This document shows, in pieces, positions 1 through 13,124 of a DNA stretch of 64,000 nt (positions are counted from its first letter, which is position 1; each line of letters begins with the position of its first letter). A program made the translations under genes and the position numbers. The notes under the pieces are model-generated. The model made no database searches, had not been told where the DNA came from, and was given only the letters and a program-made list of their open reading frames with translations. The DNA is from Octopus bimaculoides (lineage: Eukaryota): the NCBI RefSeq assembly GCF_001194135.2, contig NC_068992.1:44949670-45013669 (forward strand). Direction: 5' to 3'.

Positions 1-20
1 TATATATATGCTTATAACTT

Positions 21-250
21 TAAAGGTCCTTCTCGAGTCAAATGGACTCATAGAGCTGGTTTCCCGGATTCCGTGGCGTATATATTGAGCCTATTGACAG
101 GACGCCGGTCCATTGCAGGATCACTCATTTTCCCGGCTGAGTACACTGGAACAACCTATTAAATTAAGTGTTTTTCTGATGCGCATGACACAACACTCGG
201 TCTAAGAATCGAAACCACAATCTTAGGATAATGAGCTCTACATCCTAAAC
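21..250 (-). mobile_element. tRNA-derived SINE copy (family distinct from A/B/C)
   Basis: Reverse strand reads TTAGGATGTAGAGCTCATTATCCTAAGATTGTGGTTTCGATTC (tRNA-like head with B-box-like GGTTTCGATTC), followed by a GC-richer body. Single copy in the window. Confidence 0.55.
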
Positions 251-3200
251 AGAAATCCACACGCCTCCTTCTTCTCCCTCTTTCTCTCTCTTTCTCTCTC
301 TCTCCTTCTCTCTCACATACACGCGCACACACACATATATATATATGCATATGCACAGACATTTATATATCGTACAAGTCGCTTTGTAAATATCTAAATA
401 GCAAGCTGAGTGCACCTAAGGTAGTTAGACAGAAGAATGTAATAGAATTTTAAATGCAATAATAAGAGACATGTTTAATTTAATTAGTTATTAAACAAAA
501 ATATTGCAATAACATTTCGTTTGCGAAAAACTCTTAATTAACAAACCGTTTTACTTACATTAATTGGAAACATGTGTCGCAGTGCAGTTCACAGTTCTTT
601 CACCTGAAATGAAATTATCCATCTAATTGACTTCATTAACTCTCTCACTACGAAATAGATGCTAAAAGAGTAACAATGTTGTTAGAAGTAATTTAATTAA
701 ATAAATCATTAAAGGAGTCATTTATAAAAACATAAAGCGCATTCAGACTTCAGCAAATATTTTCTATCTTTTGTTTGTATTTTGATAGGTTTATGAAGTT
801 GTATTTCTTTTGTGGCATCATCAGTGCTAAATTAATTGCAAGTGATGGAATGTGTTAGGTTATTATACTGCATTAATAAACAGCTTAATGAATAATGAGA
901 GCTTACTTTGGAAATTATAACAAGTAACTTTAATTAATGATTGATTCGAAAGAAGAAATTGGTAGATAGAACCGAGCACACTTGATTGTGTTCTTCTTTC
1001 TTGTATTTTAGTAATTTATCTTGGGAAGTAAAAATCCGAAGTTCGCATTCTGTAACTAAATTTATGAAACATTTAAGGCGTCATACCGGTTGAAATTTAG
1101 TCAATGGTGACATGTTATTATAAATCGTACCTAATGAATGGTTGATGTAATTTACTTTAAAGAAATGAATGATAAATGATATCTTCTGAGGTACTTCCGG
1201 TAGTTAAATAATGTATTTTAAATTTATAAGAAAAGCGATAAAATCTCAATACATTGACAAAAATGATAGAACTAGGCAAGCGAAAACAGATATTGTAAAA
1301 CAGGCGTTTGAGTCAGTGAAGCATGGTTAGATACTTTAAGTTTATGATCACAATCGATATTTTTATTCCCGGATATGATTGAAATTGAATCTAGATAAGA
1401 AAACCAAAGTGTACTGCATTAACTGACATATACATACATAAATGTCGACATGAAGAGAAAGATCATTTCTCAGATATTACGTTTAAAACTGGAGGAAATG
1501 TTTTAAACATAGTTTGAGATTGGTGCTTAGTTTACATTTATTTGACAATCCACTGAAAACAGACATTGTGGCGCTGAAATTGTATTTTTTGCACAAATAT
1601 CAACAGATCTGCTATTACATATTTCAAACACTATCAGCACCACTAACGGTCTAAATTTTAGCATTGTTAGATTTATTTATTTATTTTTGGGGGTTAAAAT
1701 CCCTGACATGGTGTCTGCAGAAGATTACTGCTGTGGTTTATATATATATATATATATATGTATATACGGGCTGCTTTAGCAATTAGCAGCTCAGTCACCA
1801 GTGTCCATCTTGAATTTTCTCCATCCGTTAACCCATTTTATATATGCATGTCTTCAGTTGCAGGATAAGGAAAATTGCACTTCCTTGTCCGCTTCATCTG
1901 GAGGATCTCACGACATTCGGTGCGTCTCCACCAACATCGAATAGTGTATCATCGAATAGCACCACTTTGTTACCGAGAGTCTGAAACTGCCAGCTCTACC
2001 TCCGCAAATGACTGTATCTTCTCTACCAACATTCAATATCTATCAACAGGAAAAACAAACCTCACTGCTTCATCAGCAACGGTACGATACTTAACCTCCG
2101 CTGCCACGGACTGATACATCCAGTCCTTTCAGCATTAAGCATTTTCTGCAAACTTCCATTATTGCCTTCTATTTATATATATATATATATATATATNNNN
2201 NNNNNNNNNNNNNNNNNNNNNNNNNNNNNNNNNNNNNNNNNNNNNNNNNNNNNNNNNNNNNNNNNNNNNNNNNNNNNNNNNNNNNNNNNNNNNNNNNNNN
2301 NNNNNNNNNNNNNNNNNNNNNNNNNNNNNNNNNNNNNNNNNNNNNNNNNNNNNNNNNNNNNNNNNNNNNNNNNNNNNNNNNATATATATGGGGGGATTGG
2401 GTGTGGGTTTGTGTGTGTGTGTGTGTATGTGCGTATGTGTGTGCGTGCGTGTGTGTGTGTGTAGATACATACATGTAAACGTGTATAGTGCTTTCCTTTC
2501 GTTTTTTTATTATCACCAATTTAAGATTAATGCAACAACTAATCTGATTAATCCCTCAATGATGCCGTTTCCACCATGTGGCAACATACACAAAACACCA
2601 GCACATCAGTATATGCTCTTATTCACATATCAGTCCCATACATGCATACACCAGGGAACACACCAGACATTCATATGTACAGCTAAATACTAGGGGTATG
2701 CTTATACTCACACATCAGTTGTAGACGTATACTCAGCCGTTCATGCAGATACATGGGTACATACACAAATGCAGTGATGGGCATATATACACACTTACTA
2801 GATGTATTTGTACATACACACACGGATACATGCATGCAAAGCACTTACGCGCACATACATATACACAGAAATTACTAATGTGCACGTATACATGAACTCA
2901 CGCGCGCGCACTCACACACACATACACACACACATGGAAGCACGTACAGACACGTACACACAGCACATGCATACATATAAACATACTCGCACACCGACAG
3001 GCATACAGCTGAGATACACAGGTCGGTATACGCCAACAAGCCGATGCCTTTAGATCACATACGCTCACACGCTCACATACACAGCAGACACACCAACATC
3101 AAACGCACCAGATACGCGCACTTACACACTAATACAGCATATGTAACCACACACACACGCACGCACACTTCCAAGTACGTGTCAGCAACTGGTGCCACTA

Positions 3201-3269
3201 AGAATTTGTTCCCTAGACAGCGAGACGACAACAACATCCTGTCCAAACACGTAGTCCTCGAAATCCCGT

Positions 3270-3545
3270 GTAGAATTTGAAGAAGTCATAGATGATATGA
3301 TTGAGCTGCTAGGGTCCCAGAAAAGGGTCTATCTAACAAGAAGCTGATGCTGGAAAAGGAACCAGTTGAGAATACAGATGACACAACAGAATTTCCACCG
3401 ACGGTTTTTAATTTGTCTACAAAAAATTATTGCTTGTCTGCAGATTTTTGCTGATAACGATCCTATTCACCAACGTAACATAACAATTACAAGAGTTTAC
3501 AATGGTCTCAGCTCTTCTAAACTGAGCTGTACAAAGAGATGATAA
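3270..3545 (+). mobile_element. Degenerate pogo/Tigger-like transposase C-terminal fragment
   Basis: Frameshifted translation QIFADNDPIHQRNITITRVYNGLSS..ELYKEM resembles the Tigger C-terminal F-x-x-NDP..R...I..Y-x-ELY-x-E pattern. Recognition from memory only. Confidence 0.35.
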
Positions 3546-3677
3546 TCATAAACAACAAATAGATTTGTATAACTTCTAAGCCTCTGAAGCTGATATTCGT
3601 GATCGTAGATATTGTCCCTCATCCTCCGAGTAACCACCACTCAGACAGTAGTTAGCATCTTAGGCGGTAAGAACGTT

Positions 3678-3709
<32 letters not shown>

Positions 3710-4466
3710 ATGTGAAAAAAATTTGAAAAATCTGAATTTTGAGATTTTTCAGATTCTTTATATGCTTGGCCACATGGTTTTAAATTGAATTAGTATCTAA
3801 TTTATCACCCTATATATATNNNNNNNNNNNNNNNNNNNNNNNNNNNNNNNNNNNNNNNNNNNNNNNNNNNNNNNNNNNNNNNNNNNNNNNNNNNNNNNNN
3901 NNNNNNNNNNNNNNNNNNNNNNNNNNNNNNNNNNNNNNNNNNNNNNNNNNNNNNNNNNNNNNNNNNNNNNNNNNNNNNNNNNNNNNNNNNNNNNNNNNNN
4001 NNNNNNNNNNNNNNNNNNNNNNNNNNNNNNNNNNNNNNNNNNNNNNNNNNNNNNNNNNNNNNNNNNNNNNNNNNNNNNNNNNNNNNNNNNNNNNNNNNNN
4101 NNNNNNNNNNNNNNNNNNNNNNNNNNNNNNNNNNNNNNNNNNNNNNNNNNNNNNNNNNNNNNNNNNNNNNNNNNNNNNNNNNNNNNNNNNNNNNNNNNNN
4201 NNNNNNNNNNNNNNNNNNNNNNNNNNNNNNNNNNNNNNNNNNNNNNNNNNNNNNNNNNNNNNNNNNNNNNNNNNNNNNNNNNNNNNNNNNNNNNNNNNNN
4301 NNNNNNNNNNNNNNNNNNNNNNNNNNNNNNNNNNNNNNNNNNNNNNNNNNNNNNNNNNNNNNNNNNNNNNNNNNNNNNNNNNNNNNNNNNNNNNNNNNNN
4401 NNNNNNNNNNNNNNNNNNNNNNNNNNNNNNNNNNNNNNNNNNNNNNNNNNNNNNNNNNNNNNNNNN

Positions 4467-4508
<42 letters not shown>

Positions 4509-4512
<4 letters not shown>

Positions 4513-4565
4513 TGGTGCCCCAGCATGGTCGCAGTCAAAAGACTGAAACAAGTAAAAGAATAATG
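4509..4565 (+). mobile_element. SINE family B, 3' tail fragment
   Basis: GGTGCCCCAGCATGGTCGCAGTC..ACTGAAACAAGTAAAAGAATAA matches the tails at 6017-6065 and 7140-7195. Confidence 0.75.
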
Positions 4566-4896
4566 GAATAAAATAATGTTTTCATAAATATGTTTATAGA
4601 TATGTATATGCGTGTGTGTCTATGTCTGCGCCTATTAATGCATGAATATTTTGTTTCTATACGTGTATTTGTGTGTTCTAAATGCAATTTAAATGTGCGT
4701 TTATTGCCTTGTGCTGACGTTGGTTTCGAGACGTTTCTGAGAAAATTGAGATTGACAGTAAAAGCAACAAACTCAGCAATGATGTTCAACAAGTGTCGAA
4801 CGTGTCGAGATAACAGACGAAAGTATCAACAAAGACATACTTCAGAGATAAAAGTGTATTTTATATCATCTGAAGAGATGCTTAATGACTCAGCAC

Positions 4897-4962
<66 letters not shown>

Positions 4963-5144
4963 ATCTCTCTCTTTCTCTCTCAATCACTCTTTCTCTCCCT
5001 CTCTCTCACTCGTTCTCTAAGAAAATTGATAGTTCCCGTATTATTAATATTATCAACATGAAAGCAGCGATTATTTTTTGTGAGCAGAATAACTGAATAT
5101 ATCCTGTTTCTGGACAAAAGAAAAAGCAACAACTATAACATTAC

Positions 5145-5158
5145 TACTGCTGCTGCTA

Positions 5159-5232
<74 letters not shown>
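5145..5232. repeat. (CTA)n microsatellite
   Basis: Direct inspection. Confidence 0.95.
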
Positions 5233-5233
<1 letters not shown>

Positions 5234-5588
5234 TAGTAAACGAACAGAACTGAACATTGATTATTTTAGTTTATAGGCAGATAAAGAAATATTTCTAGAA
5301 TATCTTTATTCAGAACAAGAATAAATCTTAATTGTTTTTATTTTTTCTTTCATCTGTCAACTGTTCATAATTTCTAATTATTTTGTGTTTGAGTTTTATT
5401 TTTTGTTTTTATCTGAAAGTATTCTAGTCTTGGATTATGATGTACATCGCTGTCTTCAGTTATTAATTTAGGGAAAAGAGAATAGAGAGAGGAGAGAATG
5501 TGATGGCTAATGTATTGGAAAGAATAGGGACGTTACTTCTGGATACTTTCTAGTTCTAATCACATCGAAGTCAAAGTTATCAATATAT

Positions 5589-5770
5589 AGGCGCAGGTGC
5601 GGCGGTGTGTTAAGAAGCTTGATTCTCAACTACGTGGTTCCGGGTTCAGTCCCACTTTGTGGCAGCTTGGGAAGTGTCTTTTACTATCGCGTCGGGCCGG
5701 CCAAAGCCGAGTGAATGGATTTGGTAGATGGAAAGTGAAAGAGGTATGCCGTAAATGCATACATAACACG

Positions 5771-5826
<56 letters not shown>

Positions 5827-6065
5827 CACACATATGTATATATACATATTCGTTTGAATGTCTGTGTAACTGTCTCCCACCACTGCTTGACAACCGGTGT
5901 TGGTGTGTCTACGTCCCAGTCAGTTAGCTGTTCTGCAAAATAGGTCGATAGAATAAGTACCAGGCTTAAAGCAAATAAGTCCTGGAGACGATTCATTTGA
6001 CTAAATATTCTTCAAGGTGGTGCCCCAGCATGGACGCAGTCGAATGGTTGAAACAGGTAACATAA
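5589..6065 (+). mobile_element. SINE family B, near full length (tRNA head - internal (CA)n - central domain - tail)
   Basis: Head with A-box-like GGCGGTGTGTTAAG and B-box GGGTTCAGTCCC; body homologous to 6779-6938 (-) and 6978-7195 (+). Confidence 0.85.
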
Positions 6066-6646
6066 AATCTCTATTCATAAAGTATGTATCAGGGCATTTA
6101 AGAAAAAGGTGATATAATGGAATACATTCTTCATCACCTCTTCCTCAGTGTAATCGTGCCTAACCTGTTAGTTTTCTAGTGGGGTGCCTATACAAAGACA
6201 GTAACTCTGCAAGTAACAACTGCCACATTACTCTTAAATCACCAAGACTACTAATAATAATTACAATTCGTGCAGCTACTATTACTAAAGTTACTACAAG
6301 TAGTTGCAGTAGCAGCAGCAGCAGAGGGAGAGGTGGAAGCAGAAGAAGGTCAAGCAGGAATCTTAATGTAAACCATTTGTCTTAAAGGTAAGGTTGTTCT
6401 AACTTAAAAAAACAACATAATGCGTAATTGTTTATCGTAATGTTTTTGGAAATGTTTTAGTCAGTGTCCTCCAATAGAGTACTGTACATTGTACAAGAAT
6501 AGAAATGCACACAAACATTTCAATGTATCAGGCGCCAGTAAGTATGATTAAGACGACATCGAAAATTACACGAGCACATATATACATACATGCACGTTAC
6601 ACACGCGCTCACACAGACACATATACACTTAAACATACATGCATAA

Positions 6647-6689
<43 letters not shown>

Positions 6690-6693
<4 letters not shown>

Positions 6694-6737
6694 GGAGTCT
6701 TTTGCCGAACCACTAAGNNNNNNNNNNNNNNNNNNNN

Positions 6738-6778
<41 letters not shown>

Positions 6779-6938
6779 CGACGTTTTCTATCAGTTTCCA
6801 TCTACCAAATCCATTCACAAGCCTTTCGTCGGCCCGAGGCTATAGTAGAAGACACTTGCCCAAAGTGCTACGCAGTGGGTCTGAACCAGGAACCATGTGG
6901 TTGGGAAGCAAGCTTCTTACCACACAGCCACGTCTGCC
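6690..6938 (-). mobile_element. SINE family B, head plus internal microsatellite, truncated
   Basis: Reverse complement of 6779-6938 aligns with 5589-5750 (TTGGGCAAGTGTCTTCTACTATAGCCTCGGGCCGA..GAATGGATTTGGTAGATGGAAACTGA). Confidence 0.85.
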
Positions 6939-6977
6939 CTTATATATATATGTGCGTGTGTGTGTGTGTGTGTGTGT

Positions 6978-7195
6978 GTATTTCTGTGTCTGCGTCTATC
7001 CTCCTCTCTACCGTTTGACAACCGGTGCCGGTGTGTTTACTTCCCCGTAACTTAACAATTCGTCATAAGCAATGATAATATAAGTACCAGTGTTTAAAAA
7101 ACGTACTGGGGTCGATTCACTAACTAAAATTTCTTGAAGGTGGTGCCCCAGCATGGCTATTGTCAAATCCCTAAAACAAGTTAAAAAAAATAAAA
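6978..7195 (+). mobile_element. SINE family B, 3' half
   Basis: TTGACAACCGGTG..ATAAGTACCAG..CTGGGGTCGATT..GAAGGTGGTGCCCCAGCATGGC matches 5860-6065. Confidence 0.85.
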
Positions 7196-7200
7196 GATAA

Positions 7201-7418
7201 GGCGGCAAGCTGACAGAGTCGTCATCACACTAAGATCGATGCTTAACAGTATTTCTTCCGCTTTTACGTTCTGAGTTCAAATGCTGTAGTTGTCAACTTT
7301 GCCTTTAATCATTTCGGAGTCTGTAAAATAAGTACCAGTTGAACACTGGGGGATCGATGTAATCGACTTATCCCTTCCCGCGAAATTGCTTAGCTTGTGT
7401 CAAAATTCGAAGTCAATA
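7201..7418 (+). mobile_element. SINE family A copy (tRNA-derived, ~215 bp)
   Basis: GGCGGCAAGCTGACAGA..TTACGTTCTGAGTTCAAAT..CTTTGCCTTT..AAATAAGTACCAGTTGAACACTGGGG..ATCGACT..CAAAATT; at least 10 homologous copies in the window. Confidence 0.88.
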
Positions 7419-8454
7419 TTGTGTGCTATCAACTTAAGCTAAATCCATGACATCGAGTTTTGAACGGAGCTAAATACTTTCACATTATTGATTACAATAA
7501 AACGATTGTCGCTTTAAATTAGAAAACACCAGGACAATATTTATAGTTGAGAATAATTTTATGAATAAGCAAACGTTTCTAAGTTCACTTTGAAATCTTT
7601 CTATTTATTTTCGATTTTACATATTTGCCATGCCATTAAATAGATTTGGTTAAAGTATATAATTTCTGTGAAGTTGGTTCGCATTTGCCTTCCACCGCCG
7701 TTGGTTACTCCCTCTCTCTCCCACCCTCAGTACCTCTTTTCTCTTCCTCTCTGTCTTTCTATGAAGTTCTCCCACGCTCTCTTAATTGATTTCTCTCCAC
7801 GTTATTTAATATCTATCGATTTATCTATCTTTAATTGTTCAGTCACCTTCACCCATATATATATATAAGTATACATACTGATATACACACACATTATATT
7901 ATATGTAGTAAACGTTGACCTGTGTTTGCCTGTGTGCTTGTGTATATATTAACAACAAATGGAATTTGCTATATCCTTGCGCCATCGGGCACGTGTTTAT
8001 TGTTATCGATTCATCCCTCGCCACAATGCACGTTTTTTAACCTATAATGTATACATGTACAAGAATATATATATATATATATATAAACAGATACATGAAT
8101 GTGTGAGTGAACATGTGTTAGTGTATGTGTGTTTGTGGAATCGAATGAATAGACACTCCTTGGTCCATTTGATAGTGTTGATATTTTCAGATGAGCGGAT
8201 GTTACCTAAAGCACCTACCATTCAGTTTTATAGGGACTAAAACATGTGACTAATTGGTCAAAGATTGATAGAATGATTAATGAGGTCACTGAACCTAGGA
8301 CTTGGGTCTGTGTTGTTACGATTCACCGGCTACGGACGCCGAATCCGCCGTTCTTCTCTCACTAACAACTGCTGCCCTTACATTTAAACAGAAAATAGTA
8401 CATTTCACGACGTTCGCCAAATTTGCCAACGTAACTCATGACATAGATTTTAAT

Positions 8455-8645
8455 TCCAAATATCGGCACACGGCTAGAAATTTCAAGGAAAGGAGTAAGT
8501 CGATTTAATCGAGCCCAGTGCCCAACTGGTATTTTGTTTATCGATCTCAGAGGGTGAAAGGCAAAGTCGATTTCGGTGGAATTTTAACTCAGGAAGTAAG
8601 GATGAAAGAAATGTCACTAAGCACTTTGTCTGGCATGCTACGACT
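8455..8645 (-). mobile_element. SINE family A copy
   Basis: Reverse-complement match to the family A consensus (AGTCGAT..CCCAGTG..AACTGGTA..GAAAGGCAAAGTCGA). Confidence 0.85.
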
Positions 8646-8689
8646 GAGATAGATATGGTTAGCTTGAATCGCTTAGTAAACAGAAAGTA

Positions 8690-8704
8690 GGAGAGAGAGA
8701 GAGG

Positions 8705-8770
<66 letters not shown>
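8690..8770. repeat. (GA)n microsatellite
   Basis: Direct inspection. Confidence 0.95.
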
Positions 8771-8771
<1 letters not shown>

Positions 8772-9799
8772 TTATGTAGGTGGAGTGCTCTTAAAGAACA
8801 ATCTCTGGGAACACTGTTAAAACTATTTGTTTAGTATTTCCGTGGGTTTTCTTTCAACTCTCTGTTTCGTCTACAGCTCACTTCCTGATAATTATTTAAC
8901 ATGTTACTGTATATGTCAGGATAAATGTAAAGCTTATGCGATTTGAAATTTGCTAAAACGCTTGTCATAAGTCAACTTATTGTAATGAACTGAGTGTCCT
9001 CATTGTAGCGTGGACTAGATTTATGAAACTGAAGCGAAAATAAGAATATGGTATGGTTCTACAACGTTTTATTGAAAGAAATCATTCAGTTTGGTATATA
9101 TTATTTCATATGATTCTATTAGATATTTTTTTCCATCTTATGTCTTGGTTCTCGCGACGATATTCCATTATACAGTTCATATTATTTACTTCTCAAATGA
9201 TCCCAGGTAAGGTGACCTGTATCTCTATCTTTCTTCTCGAATGTTTGTGTTGTTTATCACAAAGTTTAAATTTATTTGTTGTTAGCTTTATAAACAAAGT
9301 ATGTTATAAATTTATCAATGAGTCATAAAAATTATTCTTTTGCTGAGTAGTCTGTTACAGCTAAATGTTACAGTCAATTGTAGGTCCTATTAGTTAAAAT
9401 ATTAGCAAAATATTACAATAAAAATACTTATAGGTCCTGTTAGTTAAATTAGTATACGTTTTATCAAGTGTAAATAAAGTATATCATACATGCATGTTGG
9501 CAAGTTTGAGTGGGTTAATATAAGAAACTTTGGTAGTATTTTGTTAAATATTGAGTAGAGAATATGAAAGGAAGTGACGTGTTCCCTGCAAGATTTAAAG
9601 AAAACATTTGTTACACATATTAAAAACGAATTACACGAAGAGAAGCAAACGAATGGTTGCTTTCTGTGATTATTTATTGTATTAAATAGTTGCATTTTTG
9701 TTATCTTTTCTGGAATTCACTTTTTGTCATAGTGTTGTTGCAATAAATATCTGAGTTTATGTTTATTGCGCAAAAGAACAATTACATGCAACCATATAC

Positions 9800-10170
9800 G
9801 TATCTTATATAAACTGGAGAGAAGGTGGTATTGTGTGGTATTCAAGCCTCCTCCGAATATATAAACATTACGATTCAAAGGAAATGGAATCAGTAATCGA
9901 AACTCATTTCAGAACTTGGTTGGATGAGATCCAAACAAACTATAGTACAAAACATACCGCTCAGCAATGCCCAACTTGCAACTCTCACTTCTATATTGAA
10001 TATTCGATTAATTTCTGTGTAAGAATTCAGAAAATCAAATATTTTTATTCAGAGTTGGATGCCATCACAGGAATAGGTTTCTTCATCAAAGACATCACGC
10101 AATCGATAAAGGATTTTTATTAAATTCTTTCGAAGTATAGATGTTTTGACAGCTGTTATAATAGAAATAA
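9800..10170 (+). mobile_element. Possible decayed 3' end of a non-LTR retrotransposon ORF2 (degenerate C-terminal zinc-knuckle region)
   Basis: ORF 9833..10123 contains QQCPTCNSHFYIEYSINFC..KYFY, like the P-x-C-x2-C..LT-x-EHIL-x-x-C pattern of I/Jockey/Nimb-type ORF2 ends, but the His is lost and similarity is weak. Confidence 0.3.
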
Positions 10171-10441
10171 TTAACACCTAGATTTATCTAACAAATCAAT
10201 GAAGAACGAGGTGATATAATAAATATTTACTAAAATAGCAAAGATTCGCTCTGGATATATAATATACTTCTTATCAAAATGAAATTGTAATTATATACTG
10301 GATGACGTGTTGCTTTTCAGAGCAGTGAGCTGTCTTATAAAACATATAACGGATGTTACAACCACATCAGTTTGAAATAAGCTAATACTTTACAATTTCT
10401 TGTAAAGCTTTTGCTCATGCCCGTTATATATGAACATGGGC

Positions 10442-10442
<1 letters not shown>

Positions 10443-10505
<63 letters not shown>

Positions 10506-10540
10506 TAATAATAATAATAATAACAATAGTAATAATAGTA

Positions 10541-10634
<94 letters not shown>

Positions 10635-10648
10635 TAGTAATAATAGTA

Positions 10649-10703
<55 letters not shown>

Positions 10704-10726
10704 TAGTAATAATAGTAGTAGTAGTA

Positions 10727-10795
<69 letters not shown>
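10443..10795. repeat. Compound (AAT)n microsatellite with higher-order interruptions
   Basis: (AAT)n punctuated by a recurring AAC-AAT-AGT-AAT-AAT-AGT-AGT block; source of the poly-N/poly-I/poly-L pseudo-ORFs. Confidence 0.97.
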
Positions 10796-11361
10796 GGCAC
10801 ACAGAGCTGCGCTCGGTAGTGAAGTGAAACCACGTTATAAAAAAAAAATAATAATGATGATAACAATAATACCATGAACAAGAGAAATAATAATAAATTG
10901 ATTTCTTCTATTTGCCACCAGAGCGAAGGACGAGGGGGACAATACAAAGACAAATATAAAGCGCGGGGGTTTACCTATAATGGAATGATAAAATAAAAAA
11001 GTATACACGGAAGTATACACAGTATATGACACTAGAAAAAGTTATTTTGATGGGACCCTCCTGAGGCAGGAGGACATCTAGGCTTAATCAAGGAACCCCA
11101 CCATCCAAGATCACTTTGAATACCAAAGACGAGAGCCCTCTCCAACATCTTTCTTCCTACCCACAGATCTATACTAAGTGAGGTGCCATCCACTCTTTCC
11201 ATTTTCGAAACTTTCACCTACCTTTACATAAATTCACTCGAGGACAGTAACTCTTTCACTTTCCTTTTCAAGTGAAACTTGAAAAAGGCGATGTGGGCTT
11301 TACCAAACAGGAATGTTTGTTATTATTATTATTAAAATTATTATTATTATTATTATTATTC

Positions 11362-11432
11362 AGGTCACTGCCTGGAATTGAACTCGGAATCACGGGGTTA
11401 GTAGCCCGCGCTTTGAAACACTACGCCATTAC
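11362..11432 (-). mobile_element. tRNA-derived SINE family C head with (AAT)n linker
   Basis: Reverse strand ATGGCGTAGTGTTTCAAAGCGCGGGCTACTAACCCCGTGATTCCGAGTTCAATTCCAGGCAGTGACCTGAATAATAAT matches 42144-42226. Confidence 0.85.
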
Positions 11433-11550
11433 GGAGCTTATAAATCTAATATTCTCCTATCCTTCCTTAATGCTGGTTCCCATATGCTGTTCATATCTGC
11501 ACTCGGTCTCTTCATGTAACTTTATGTAAGCCCCTGTGGCCAATAAAAGG

Positions 11551-11554
<4 letters not shown>

Positions 11555-11597
<43 letters not shown>

Positions 11598-11628
11598 TAT
11601 TATTATTATTATTATTATATTATCATCA

Positions 11629-11705
<77 letters not shown>

Positions 11706-11730
11706 ATCATCATTATTATTATTATTACTC
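11555..11730. repeat. (ATT)n microsatellite
   Basis: Direct inspection. Confidence 0.95.
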
Positions 11731-11794
11731 ACTCCCACTAAATTTCATGCCTCGTGCCTATAGTAGAAGGATTATTGTCTTTATTATTGAACAG

Positions 11795-11935
11795 AAACCG
11801 GAATTCAAATCCCGCAGAGGACACGTTTGGAATTTAACCCTCAATGGTAGATTAACTAAAGTACCAGTCAATTACCGGGGTCGGTGGTATCGACTAGTAC
11901 CCTTCCCTTCAAAATTGTTGAAAATGTGCTGCCGT
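11795..11935 (+). mobile_element. Degenerate family A-related SINE fragment
   Basis: GAATTCAAATCC..AAAGTACCAGTCAATTACCGGGGTCG..ATCGACTAGTACCCTTCCC..AAAATTG. Confidence 0.5.
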
Positions 11936-13124
11936 GTAATACGATGGCAGAATTATTGGAACTCTATTAGCCTCTCATTGATAAATTCTGCCAATTATCT
12001 CGCCAATACACCTGGTGAAATAGAGGAGTTTCCAATCAAACTCTCGCCTTGTGCCCTCCTCTATAATTAATGTACTCATCACCTTCGTATTATGTTTTAA
12101 TGCTATTTCCACACTTTTCATAGCGAGGGTTACCAATGAATCGCAGTAAGTTGAACAATGGGACTAGATGAGAGACAGGGACCATTTGACACTGTATTCC
12201 ACCGATCTTTTGAGACTCGCTTCTCTTTAGCAATGTTGTAACTAAAATGTTATTGCAGTACGAGCCGTTATTTCAATTGATTCATAGCATCAATTTAAAA
12301 AAATCTAAATGAATGAAATTAGAAAACAAAAAGATCATTTCATACACCAAATTGACATTTCTAATTCGTCTGCATGTTCCATTCCTAAACTAAATAAAAA
12401 AAAATGTTATTGATTAATGCTAATTAATAAAACCTGAATATATCTGAATAAACCCTTACACTGAACTTGAACGTTGTCGGAGGTCCAGATTAATGTAATG
12501 TGAAGAAAGTGACAATTATTCTAGTCACGACCTCTCACACATTGCTCTCCTATACCATATATAACTGACAACAAAATGGAAGAAATCATATATTAATGAT
12601 ATTTCCATAATTCAAATTACATAGCTTACCCTAAAGCAATTTCCATTATCGGGACAATTTCTGACATCGCTTGAATATGCTTCTCCATGTTAACATTAAT
12701 ATCAACTTGTGATAATATACGCACATACACACTTACATATGGGTATATAATGTATATATGTATATGTGTGTGCATGTGTGCGCGCGCGAGTACATATATA
12801 TATATGGAAAGATCTATACACACACAACACGCATACGCACTCACACACACACACACGTATATGAAGTGTTGGATAAATGGTTTAACAAATTATTACACTA
12901 AAAGGTTTCAATTTCAATGCATAGTTAGAAAACTAGTTTGAAAGTTGAATGTCAGCGAGTTACAGCCATCAATGGAAAATTATTTCATAAAAAATTATGT
13001 TACAGTAAGATAAGATACTTCAGCTAGATTTATCGACGCTAATTTGATTGCTAGTTTTTCTCCATTTAATCTCTATTACTTTAGATAATGATTTGGGGAA
13101 CTTAGATAAATTTCTGCTTTTATT

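Noticed and set aside
1860-2150. GC-richer stretch with a 79-aa ORF
   Set aside because: No frame gives a recognisable motif on either strand; probably a decayed repeat.
2159-4551. ORFs of 100-248 aa containing X runs (also at 20637-21022, 25787-26043, 43424-44016, 59860-60283, 63128-63759)
   Set aside because: They stay open only because they cross N-gaps and (TA)n/(CA)n tracts.
10356-10953. Long poly-L/poly-I/poly-N ORFs
   Set aside because: Translations of the (AAT)n microsatellite; no coding signal.
11060-11560. Possible CR1/Jockey-type LINE 3' end with (ATT)n tail
   Set aside because: The amino-acid resemblance is too degenerate to call by eye.
10443-11730. CRISPR-like or prokaryotic repeat arrays
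   Set aside because: All regular repeats are 2-4-nt microsatellites without spacers; the context is eukaryotic.
12124-12145. 22-nt segment between a good acceptor and gtaagt
   Set aside because: Asymmetric length, no linked exons, consistent with chance.
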